Positions 1 through 11,600 of a stretch of DNA of 64,000 nucleotides are shown here, piece after piece. The position numbers were made by a program, and so were the translations under genes. The DNA comes from Squalus acanthias. Lineage: Eukaryota. The notes below the pieces were generated by a model. That model saw only the letters and a program-made list of their open reading frames with translations, did no database searches and was not told the DNA's origin. Location of the stretch: positions 157,792,001 through 157,856,000 of the forward strand of contig CM059431.1 in assembly GCA_030390025.1 (NCBI GenBank), written 5' to 3'. Within the stretch, counting starts at the first letter, position 1. The number at the start of each line of letters is the position of its first letter.

Positions 1-1005
1 TCTGTTCACAATTTACATTAATGACCTGGATCAGGGAGTCGGATGCAGCATTTCCAAATTTGCAGACGACACTAAACTAGGAGGGGGGGTGGGCTCAGAG
101 GAGGAGACCAGGAAGCTCCAGAGCGATTTGGACAGGCTGGGTGATTGGGCGGATAAATGGCAGATGCACTATAATGTGGACAAGTGCGAAGTTATCCACC
201 TTGGGTGCAGGAACGGGAGGGCAAATTATTATTTAAATGGCAATAAATTGGGAGAGGGGGAAGTACAGAGAGACCTGGGTGTTCTTGTACACCAGTCACT
301 GAAGGCGAGCATGCAGGTGCAACAGGCGGTCAAGAAGGCAAACGGTATGCTGGCCTTCATAGCAAAAGGGTTGGAATACAGGAACAGGGATACCTTGCTG
401 CAGCTGTACAGGGCACTGGTGAGACCACACCTCGAGTACTGTGTACAGTTTTGGTCGCCCCATCTGAGGAAAGATGTTCTTGCCATGGAGGGGGTGCAGC
501 GGCGATTCACCAGGCTGATACCAGGAATGGCGGGATTGACCTATGAGGAGAGACTATGTAGTTTAGGGATGTACACACTGGAGTTTAGAAGATTGAGAGG
601 GGACCTCATAGAAGTGTATAAAATTCTGACAGGTCTAGACAGACTAGATGCAGAAGGAATGTTTCCCTTGGCGGGTGAGAACAGAACTAGAGGACATAAT
701 TTAAGGATAAGGGCTAAACCATTTAGGACAGAAATGAGGGGGAATTTCTTCACTCAGAGGGTGGTGAACCTGTGGAACTCATTGCCACAGAGGGCAGTGT
801 ACGCCAGCTCATTAAATATATTTAAGAGGGAATTAGATATATTTCTACAGGCAAGAGGGGTTAAGGGTTACGGAGAGAAGACAGGGACGGGATACTGAAT
901 TGGAGGATCAGCCATGATCTCATTAAATGGCGGAGCAGGCTCGAAGGGCCGGATGGCCTACTCCTGCTCCTATCTTCTATGTATCTATGTATCTATGTAT
1001 CTATG
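1..1005 (+). mobile_element. CR1 LINE, 3' part (RT C-terminus, 3' UTR, (CTATGTAT)n tail); young family
   Basis: FADDTKL motif, ORF open to stop at 898, microsatellite tail about 973-1005. Nearly identical to 36535-37532. Confidence 0.95.
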
Positions 1006-1289
1006 TCTCTCTTACTGCCCGCCTGCCTGTCTTGGCGTGATTTGAGTGGAGGGGAATTAGAAGAATGCAAAGTTCCCACAGCAGCTTTTACTGTCAGAGC
1101 TCCTCCAGAGGGGACCGACTGAGGCCTCCTGCAGAGGGGACTGACCGAGGCCTCCCCCAGAGGTGCAGAAGGTAATGTGTTTTGAGGAATCTTTATTTAA
1201 TATATTAAAACAATGAAGCAAGTTATTGAAAATGTCGAGGAGACCAGGCGTGAGCTGAACTAAGCGGTGGAGTTTTATTAACACAACAC

Positions 1290-1575
1290 AGGGACAACAG
1301 CAATAATATGCATTTATACAGCGGCTTTAATATAATGAAACGACACAAGGCAATTCTCAGGCAAAATTCGACACTGAGCCACATGAAGATTTTAGGAGAG
1401 ATGGCCGAAAGCTCGGTGAAAGAGGTAGGTTTTAAGAAGCGTTTAATGGAGGAGGGGGGAATGGTAGAGCTGTGACGAGATTTGGGGAGGGATGTCCAGA
1501 GTTTAGGGCTTTCGCAGCTGAAGTCATGGCGCCAATGTGGATCAACAAAAGTCAAGGATGTGCATCAGGTCAGAG
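1290..1575 (-). mobile_element. L2-type LINE 3' fragment (degraded)
   Basis: Minus translation SPKLWTSLPK...SSIKRFLKP resembles the L2 ORF2 C-terminus. The 3' end resembles those at about 16975 and 41205. Confidence 0.65.
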
Positions 1576-1599
1576 GAGTGGAGAGATATCCGAGGGTTG

Positions 1600-2305
1600 T
1601 ACGGACACGTGTTTCAGAGTCTGACTCCTCACTGGGAGAGACACACACTGTACACAGGAACATTTCTTTCATAGTCGGACTATTCACTCGGAGAGAAGCA
1701 CGCTGTACACAGGGACACTTGTTACAGAGTCCGACTCCTCACTGGGAGAGACACACACTGTACACAGGGACACTTGTTACAGGGTCTGGCTCCTCACTGG
1801 GAGAGACACACACTGTACACAGGGACACTTGTTACAGGGTCTGACTCCTCACTGGCAGAGACACACACTGTACAAAGGGACACTTGTTACAGAGTCTGTC
1901 TCCTCACTGGGAGAGACACACATTGTACATAGGGACACTTGTTACAGGGTCTGACTCCTCACTGGCAGAGACACACACTGTACAAAGGGACACTTGTTAC
2001 AGGGTCTGGCTCCTCACTGGGAGAGACACACATTGTACATAGGGACACTTGTTACAGAGTCCGACACCTCACTGGGAGAGGCACACCCTGTACACAGGGA
2101 CACTTCTAACAGAGCCCTAATATTCCCTGGGAGAGACACAAACGGTACACAGCGACACTTGTTGCAGAATCCATCTTCTCACTGGGAGAGACACACACTG
2201 TACACGAGGACACTGGTTACAGAGCCTGACTCCTCACTGGCAGCTACACACACTGTACATAGGGACACTTGTTACAGAGTCGGTCTCTTCTCTGGGAGAG
2301 ACACC
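1600..2305. repeat. 55-bp minisatellite, about 13 copies
   Basis: Unit cacttgttacagagtctgactcctcactgggagagacacacactgtacacaggga; starts at 1771, 1826, 1881. Confidence 0.95.
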
Positions 2306-2515
2306 CAGGAATACTGAGTGCAATTGTCAGTGTCCCACAACAACCCAGACTGAGCTCCAACCTGGGCCCTTCCTGCCTGTGCATTTCCCCAGTGCCCCAC
2401 TGGGGAACATTCAGCCCCGGATATCCTGCAGAAACAGCGCTGTTGGGCAGGGCGGCTGAGTCTCGTGACCCTGTGCCTGAGCCTCTGACATCACAATGGG
2501 AGAAGACTTGCGCTC

Positions 2516-2603
2516 TCACACATCCACTCTCAGTCTGAGTCTGGATTCCTGCAGCGAACCCAGGAGTCTCTTTCCATTTGAACTGAACTCATTCCCCCAC
2601 AGC
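2516..2603 (-). CDS. NLR terminal coding exon (last LRR/cap, stop)
   Basis: Acceptor aatctgtttcag. Encodes [28 protein letters not shown] then TGA (2518-2516). Confidence 0.88.
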
Positions 2604-5600
2604 CTGAAACAGATTAAAGATTAAGCAGGAAATAAACAAATTGAACAACAGTTTAAATAACAGGGAGACTGGCGTTAATAATTCAATATTAATTTCAGAC
2701 AAATGTTACCCCTAAATATGACTGGATCCCATTGATATTTTATTTATTACATTAAAACTTAACACAAATACTCACCGGATCCGCTCCAGACTCCTGCAGG
2801 TCCGTATGAAGCGGCTGAGAGCGGGGACAGACCGGTCTGTGAAGGAGTTTGATCCCAGGGACAGATCCGTCAGTGAGCGGTTTGTACTGAGAGCGGAGGC
2901 GAGATCCTCGGCACAAGAATCTGTGAGACCGACATCACATAGCCTGGGGATCAGAGAGAGAAATAACAGGAATCAGAGTAAATCCCTAGAGTTTTTTTAA
3001 TAACACTATTACTGATACTAATAATAATGTTCAGTGTCAGACATCCAGTTATTATAAACACAATCTCACACAGTCTGGTACTTACTCCAGTTCCTGTATT
3101 TTACAGTCTGGGTTCCTCAGAGCCGCTGACAGTGGTTTCACTCCTGAATCTCCCAGTTTATTATAACCCAGGCCCAGAACCGTCAGTGACCGGTTTGTAG
3201 TGAGAGCGGAGACGAGATTCTCGGCACAAGAATCTGTGAGACCGTTATTATACAGCCTGGGGATCAGAGAGAGAAATAACAGGTATCAGAGTAAATCCCC
3301 AGAGTTTATGAATAACACTATTACTACTAATAATAATGTACAGTGTCGGACATCCAGTTATTATAAACACAATCTCACAGTCTGCTACTTACTCCAGTTC
3401 CTGTATTTTACAGTCCGGGTTCCTCAGAGCCGCAGACAGTAGTTTCACTCCTGAATCTCCCAGTTCATTGCCGCTCAGTCTAAACACAAACAGAGAGAAA
3501 CAAACTGAATCAAACTCCCGATCTGATATATTTTTCTCTCTCGGATATTGCAACAATCACTGAAAGTACTTCAGGATATTAATAACCCGGTTTCCCCCCG
3601 CGATTTCCCGATTGGGCAGGGCGTGTGCGATCGGTGGCGGGTCGGGTGCGGCCGGGGTCGGTGGCGGATCGGGTGCGGCCGGGGTCGGGTTGGGCTGCGA
3701 TCGGTGGCGGGTCGGGTGCGGCCAGGGTCACTGGCGGGTCGGGAGCGGCCGGGGTCGGTGGCGGGACGTTAGCGGCCGGGGTCGGGTTAGGCCGCGGTCG
3801 GTGGCGGGTCGGGTGCGGGCAGGGTCACTGGCGGGTCGGGTGCGGCCGGTTCGGTGGCGGGTCGGTAGCGGCCGGGGTCGGGTTGGGCCGCGGTCGGTGG
3901 CGGGTCGGGTGTGGGCAGGGTCAATGGCGGGTCGGGAGCGTCCGGAGTCGGTGGCAGGTCGGCTGCGGCCGGGGTCGGTGGCGGGTCCGGTGCGCCCGGG
4001 TTCGCTGGCGGAACGGGTGCGGCCGGGGTCGGTGGCGGGTGGGGTGTGGCCGGGGTCGCTGGCGGAACGGGTGCGGCCGGGGTCGGTGGCGGGTGGGGTG
4101 TGGCCGGGGTCGCTGGCGGAACGGGTGCGGCCGGGGTCGGTGGCGGGTCGGGTGCGGCCAGGGTCGGTGGCGGGTCGGGAGCGGCCGGGGTCGCGGCCGG
4201 GTCAGGTGCGGGAGGTGTCGGTGGCGGGTCGGGTGCGGATCGGGTGCGGCCGGTGTCGGGGGCGGGTCGGGTGTGGCTAAGGGGTCCGGAGAATTAGTGG
4301 AAGCGGGATTGATGACGTCATTTGATAAGGCGCACATTGAGTTTGACCTTTGTGATGTCAGTGTTTAACAATATTGAGGTGCTGCAAACAATGAGAAACT
4401 TTGCACAGAGGACCACGGCTGCACCCAGGCTCTCCCATAACTCCCTCCATATGCTTATGTTGGAAGCCACAGCACGCAGGGAAGTTCTCTTCACTTCCAA
4501 TGGGCGGAAGAGACTAACACAGCCTGGTTGCCCATTGCTCAGTGGGGTTCAAGCAGGGATGTCGTCAGGAGGATCAGGCTGCAGTGGCGCAAACCTTTCA
4601 ATGATCTCAGTAGATCACGAAACGTAACTACAAAACCACCCTCAAACTCATCCTGCTGTGCCACTCATCACATCCCCAATACTCTGCCTTACCTACCCTA
4701 CTCCTGCACATTATTACTCACACCAACTTAACTTGCACCTCCACCCGTCCCTCTCTATCTATATTATCACAACCCCATCTCACTAACCACCCCTCAGACT
4801 CTCCCTGAACCTAGTCCAAACATATCAACTAACAATACACAAGGATAGGCAATTATGTGTTTTAGCGAATGTTCATGTGAAGTTTCTGTTGTGTGCACCA
4901 TTGGATGAGGCGTAGTGAGTTGCAGTGAATAGGTGAGCCATAACGGTACCACACGCAATGGTTATGAGTGTGACAGGAATGGTTTGGGAATTTTAGGGAT
5001 GCTTTATGTTGTTGGTGTGGTCTGGCGGCAACCTGGAGCATAATGTGGCATCCAGGGCATCCAGCGTCCAGTGAAGATAATCTAGCCATGGTGAGGCCAA
5101 CTGTGGCGTCCTGGTTAGCATTGTGGACGAGTGTTGATGTTCTCTGTGCTGTGCAGCATCAGGAGTTGTGGAATGGGTTGGTGTTGTTGTTGGTGCTGCT
5201 GGTGTTCCTGGTGCAGCAGGTGTTTGGGCTGATGGTAGTGTTACTCTGAGGCCCGAGGTGAGACAGTAGAAACCATACCCATGCTGATGTAATAGATGGC
5301 AGGTAAATTTGAGATGACAGAAGCAATCGGTCAATGCTGAGAGAGGTAGTTCCATTGAGGGGACACTGGATAGAGAGTTTTCTCCAAACACTTGCAACTA
5401 GCATAAAGCTTGCTCTGTCTTCCAAATGCAGTAAACAACAGCTTCTGTGCTTGGAAAGGGAACAACTGTGAGACGGGAGCTTTAATAGCACATTTCTAGC
5501 TGTCAAGTAACGAGATGATTCCATGGCCATTCAATTCCCGCCCTGTTTACCTGACGTAATCCCCGAGAAGCGTGGACAACGTGGGCGAATTGGTAAACTT

Positions 5601-8600
5601 TGAAGGTGAGCTAAAATAGTTGTTGATCCTTTGTTAACAAGTTCATAAACACTTGAATTGCACCACTCCCCGCACCCCCCCCCCCCCCCCGCCGCTGCCT
5701 ATCGGGTCAGCTCAGCGCTGACAGCCCCAACATTTGGGAAAGGCGCGTGGCGGGGGGTTGACAGCGGGGACCCGATCCGCTGGGGTAAAATCCAGTTTCC
5801 CTCCCGACCCGACACCGATCGCGCCCGCTGACCCCCGCAAAATTCCCCCCTATTCCTGTCACTGGGAATGAATCTCACTCTTTCCAACCCCTCATATATT
5901 CAGGTACTGTCCGTAAATGTATTTATTAAGTAAAGTGCAGTCTGTATGACGCCTTAAAATGTCCCTCTGTCCGGTCTCAGTCCCTGATGATCAAAATTAC
6001 CCTCCTGAAGCTCAATGACTGGCTCCGTCATGTTTGGGAAACTTGACTCATTTATGCTGCTCCTTAAATCCCGGATTTTATTGGAATTGGGCGATTTTCC
6101 CTGAATAAAATGATAAAGCGGTGATTCCCTGTACTTTATACTCTGTGCATTATATTAATCTGTATAATATCTCGAGGTGAGTTATATTGTGAAACGCTAA
6201 CTGCTGCTGTAAAATCAGTCCCCCAGGATTTTATATGAAAAGGAGGAATTATTCTGAAATAAAAACAGAAAATGCTGGAAATACCCAGCAGGTCAGGCGG
6301 CATCTATATAGAGAGAAACAGAGTTAAAGTTTCAGCTCGAGGACACTTCGTCAGAACTGGAAATAGTTACAGATGTAACAGATTTTAAAGCAAGTGTAGG
6401 GGCAGGGAATGGCGGGGGGTGGGGGTGGGGGTGGGGAGCGGAGGAAAGAACGAAAGGGAAGGTCTATGATAGGGTGAAAGACAGGAGAGATTAAAAGACA
6501 AAAGGGAAGATTGTGCAAGCAAAAGGAGATTGTAATGGGACACGTTAAGAAACAAAAGATGAATCCAGATGAGGTGTGAATGGCAATGGCAGAATCATCA
6601 ACAGCTGTCATGTGAGAGAAAAAAAAGGGAAAAAGAAAAGCAATAATGCAAAAAATAAAATATGGGCCGAGTGTGTTTCCTCCCTGGTGCAAGTGTCAAG
6701 GACGTCTCGGAGCGGCTACAGAACATTTTGGAGGGGGAGGGCGAACAGCCATTTGTCGTGGTGCACATAGGCACCAATGATATAGGTAAAAAACGGGATG
6801 AGGTCCAAAAAGCAGAATATAGGGAGTTAGGAGGTAAATTAAAAAATAGGTCCTCAAAGGTAGTAATCTCAGGATTGCTAGCAGTGCCACGTGCTAGTCA
6901 GAGTAGAAATAGGAGGATATTTCAAACGAATACTTGGCCAGAGGAATGGTGCAAGGAGGAGGGATCCAAATTCGTTGGACATTGGAACCGGTTCTGGGGG
7001 AGGTGGGACCAACACAAACGGGACGGTCTGCAACTGGGCAGGGCCATGACCGATGTCCTAGGGGGAGTGTTTGCGAGTGCTGTTGGGGAGGGTTTAAACT
7101 AAAGTGGCAGGGGGTTGGGTACCTGAGCAGGGAGACAGAGGAAAGGGAAACAAGGATAAAAGCAAAAGACAGGAAGGAGAAAAACAAAATTAGAAGGCAA
7201 AGAACTCAACAGTTTAAATCAAACATGGTCACAATAAATAACAATTCTTATAGGTCTGAGAGCATTAAAAAAAGAAGTATGAAGGCTTTGTGTCTTAATG
7301 CAAGGAGCATTCTTAAAAAGGTGGATGAATTAGCTGCGCAAATAGAGGTAAATGAATACGATTTGATTGGGATTACAGAAACATGGCTCCAGGGTGGACA
7401 AGGCTGGGAAATCAACATCCAGCGGTATTCAATATTTAGGAAAGATAGGCAAAAAAGAAAGGGAGGTGGGGTAGCATTGCTGTTTAAAGAGGGGATTAAC
7501 AAAATTGAAAGGAATGATAGTAACTCTGATGATGCGGAATCTGTATGGGTAGAACTGAGAAATAAGAAGGGGCAGAAAACGTTAGTGGGACTGGTATATA
7601 GACCTCCAAACAGTAATACGGAGGTGGGGGACAGCATTAAAAGGGAAATTAGAGAAGCATGCAGTAAGGGCAGAGAAGTCATCATGGGTGACTTTAATTT
7701 ACATATAGATTGGGCTAACCAAATTAGTAAAAATATTGTGGAGGACGAATTCCTAGAATGTTTACGGGATAGTTTTCTTGAATAATATGTCGAGGAACCA
7801 ACCAGAGATCAGGCCATCTTAGAATTGGTGTTATGTAACGAGAAAGGATTAATTAGCAATCTCTTTGTACGAGGCCTCTTGGGTCAGAGTGATCATAATA
7901 TGATAGAAATCTTCATTAGGGTGGAGAGTGAAGTAGTTGAATCAGAGACTCGGGTCCTGAATTTAAATAAAGGAAACTACGATGGTATGAGGCGCGAATT
8001 GGGTAGGATTGTTTGGGGAATGTCACTCAAAGGGTTTACGGTGGACAGGCAATGGCAAACATTCAAAGACTGGCCACAAGATCATACCCATATTGTTCCA
8101 GAAAACCATATGGGTAGGATCTTGTGGCCATTACAGAAACCTGCCTGCAGGGTGACAATGCCTGAGAATTAAACATACCAGGTTATTTAACGATTAGGAA
8201 AGACAGGCAGGAAGGAAGGGGAGGTGGGGTGGCTATGTTTTAAAGGGAGGAATCAGTGTAATACAGAGAAATGATATTGGGTCAAAAGATCAGGATAATA
8301 AAACAGTTTGGGTGGAGATAAGGAATAATAAGGGGAAAAAAACACTAGTGCGCGTAGTCTATAGGCCTCCGAACAGTGGCAACTCTGTTGGACGGAGTAT
8401 CAATCCGGAAATAGTTGAGGCTTGTAATAAGGGAACATCTATAATTATGGGGGATTTTAACTATCATCTTAATTGGACAAATCAAATTGGGCAGGGCTGC
8501 TTTAAGGATGAGTTCATTGAGTGTATTAGCGATGGGTTTCTTGAGCAGTATGCAACTGAACCGACCAGGGGAGGTTGCTGGAGAGCAAATAATAAAAATG

Positions 8601-11600
8601 ACAACAGAGAAGGTCATAGACTTAGGTAGCAGTGGGGAAATTAAAAACCAGAGTGTGTCAGGATGGGGCAGAAGGTATGGAGTAAAAGGTAAAGTAATAA
8701 AAAGGGCAAAAGCAGGAACTAAGTGTCACAAAACTTATTTGAAAGTTCTCTATCTGAATGCACGTAGCATTCGTAACAAAATAGACGAGTTAATGGCACA
8801 AATAAGTACATATGGGTATGATCTTGTGGCCAGTACAGAAACATGGCTGCAGGGTGACAATGCCTGGGAATTAAACATTCCAGGTTATTTAACGATCAGG
8901 AAGGACAGGCAGGAATGAAGGGGAGGTGGGGTGGCTATGTTAATAAAGGAAGGAATCACTGTAATACAGAGAAATGATATTGGGTCAAAAGATCAGGATA
9001 ATGAAACAGTTTTAGTGGAGATCAGGAATAATAAGGGGGAAAAAACACTAGTGGGCGTAGTCTATAGGCCTCCGAACAGTTGCAACTCTGTTGGACCGAG
9101 TATCAATCAGGAAATAGTTGAGGCTTGTAATAAGGGAACATCTGTAATTATGGGGATTTTAACTATCATATTAAATGGACAAATCAAATTGGGCAGGGCT
9201 GCCTTGAGGATGAGTTCATTGAGTGTATTAGGGATGGGTTTCTTGAGCAGCATGTAACTGAACCGACGAGGGGGCAAGCAACCTTAGATCTGGTCCTGTG
9301 TAACGAGACAGGATTAATTAAAAATGTCTTAGTAAAGGATCCCCTTGTAATGAGAGACCATAACATGGTTGAATTCCATATTCAATTAGAGGGTGAGAAG
9401 GTTGGATCTCAAACAAGCGTGCTGTGCTTGGATAAAGGAGACTAGAAGGTATGCGAGCGGAATTGAGTAGAGTGGATTGGGAAAATAGATTAAAGGGTAA
9501 GACGATACATGATCAGTGGTGTACATTTAAGGAGTTATTTTACAAATTCCAAAAAATATATATTCCACTGAGACCAAAAGGGTGTAAAATTAAAGCCAGT
9601 CATCCGTGGCTAAGTAAAGAAATTAAGGATAGTATTCGAGTAAAAACAATGGTTTTAAGGTAGCCAAATCTAGTGGGAGGATAGAGGATTGGGAAAACTT
9701 TAAAAGACAGCAAAAAATAACAAAAAGTTTGATTAAGAAAGGGAAGATAGATTATAAAAGTGAATTAGCAAAAAATATAAAAACAGATAGTAAGAGTTTT
9801 TATAGTTATATAAAAAGAAAAAGGGTGGCTAAAGTAAATGTTGCTCCCTTAGAGGATGAGACCGGGAAATTAATGGTAGCAAATATGGAGATGGCAAATA
9901 CACTGAATGAATATTTTGTATCAGTCTTTACCGTAGAGGACACTAAGAATATCCCAACACTGGACAAATAGGGGGCTATAGAGGGGGAGGAGCTAAACAC
10001 GATCAAAATCACTAAGGAAGTGGTACTCGGTAAAATAATGGGACTCAAGGCGGATAAATCACCTGGACCTGATGGCTTACATCCTAGGGTCTTGAGGGAA
10101 GTGGCGGTAGGGATTGTGGATGCATTGGTAATAATTTTCTAAAACTCCCTGGACTCAGCAAAGAACCCGGCAAACTGGAAAACTGCTAATGTAAGACACT
10201 TATTGAAAAAGGGCAGTAGACAGAAGGCTGTTAACTATAGACCGGTTAGCCTAACATCTGTGGTAGATAAAATTTTGGAGTCCATTATTAAGGACACAGT
10301 AACGGGTCATTTGGATAAAATGATAATTTAAGAGGAAAAAGTCAGCATGGTTTTATGAAGGGGAAGTCATGTTTGACAAATTTGATGGAGTTCTTTGAGG
10401 AAGTAACATACAGGGTGGATAAAGGGGAACCAGAGGATGTGGTGTATTTAAACATCCAAAAGGCATTTGACAAGGTGCCACACAAAAGATTATTGCTTAA
10501 GATAAAAAAAATCACGGGAATGGGGGTAATATTCTGGCATGGATAGAGGATTGGCTATCTAACAGAAGGCCGAGAGTTGGGATAAATGCTTCATTCTCAG
10601 ACTGGCAATCAGTAACTGGTGGTGTTCCGCAGGGGTCAGTGCTGGGTCCCCAACTCTTTACAATCCATATTAACGATTTGGAGGAGGGGACCAAGTGTAA
10701 TTTATCAAAATTTGCAGATGATACTTAGATGGGAGGGAAAGTAGTGAGTGAGGAGGACATAAAAAATCTGCAAGGGGACATAGACAGGCTAAGTAAGTGG
10801 GCAGAGATTTGGCAGATGGAATACAATACTGGAAAGGGTGAGGTTTTAGCACTTTGGCAGGAAAAATAGTAGAGCAAGTTATTATCTTAATGGCAAGAAA
10901 CTGGAAAGTACTGAAGTACAAAGGGATCTGGGGCTCCTGGTGCACGAAACTCAAAAGTTTAGTATGCAGGTGCAGCAAGTGATTAAGAAGGCCAATGGCA
11001 TGTTGGCTTGCATTGTTATGGGGATAGAATATAAAAATAGGGAGGTATTGCTTCAGTTGTACAAGGTATTGGTGAGACCGCACCTGGAATACTGCATACA
11101 GTTTTGGTGTCCATACTTAAGAAAATACATAATTGCTCTCGAGTCAGTACAAAGAAGGTTCACTCGGTTAATCCCGGGGATGAGGGGATGGACATATGAG
11201 GAGAGGGTGGGTAGATTGGGACTCTACTCATTGGAGTTCAGAAGAATGAGATGCGATCTTATTGAAACATATAAGATTGTAAAGGGGTTGGATCGGGTGG
11301 GTGCGGGGAGGATGTTCCCGATGATGGGTGAAACTAGAACTAGGGGGCATAGTCATGGAATAAGGGGCTGCTCTTTCAAAACTGAGATGAGAAGGAACTA
11401 CTTCACTCAGAGGGTGGTAGGTCCATGGAATATGCTGCCCCAAAAAGCTGTAGAAGCTACATCATTACATAAATTTAAAACAGAAATAGACAGTTTCCTA
11501 GAAGTAAAGGGAATTAAGGGTTACCGGGAGCGGGCAGGAATTTGGACATGAGTCTAGGTTCGGATCGGTCATGGCCTTGTGGGTAGCTTAGCGGGCCCAG

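Noticed and set aside
3612..4368. Gly/Arg-rich ORFs of 128-247 aa
   Set aside because: Artefacts of a stop-free 27-bp G-rich repeat.
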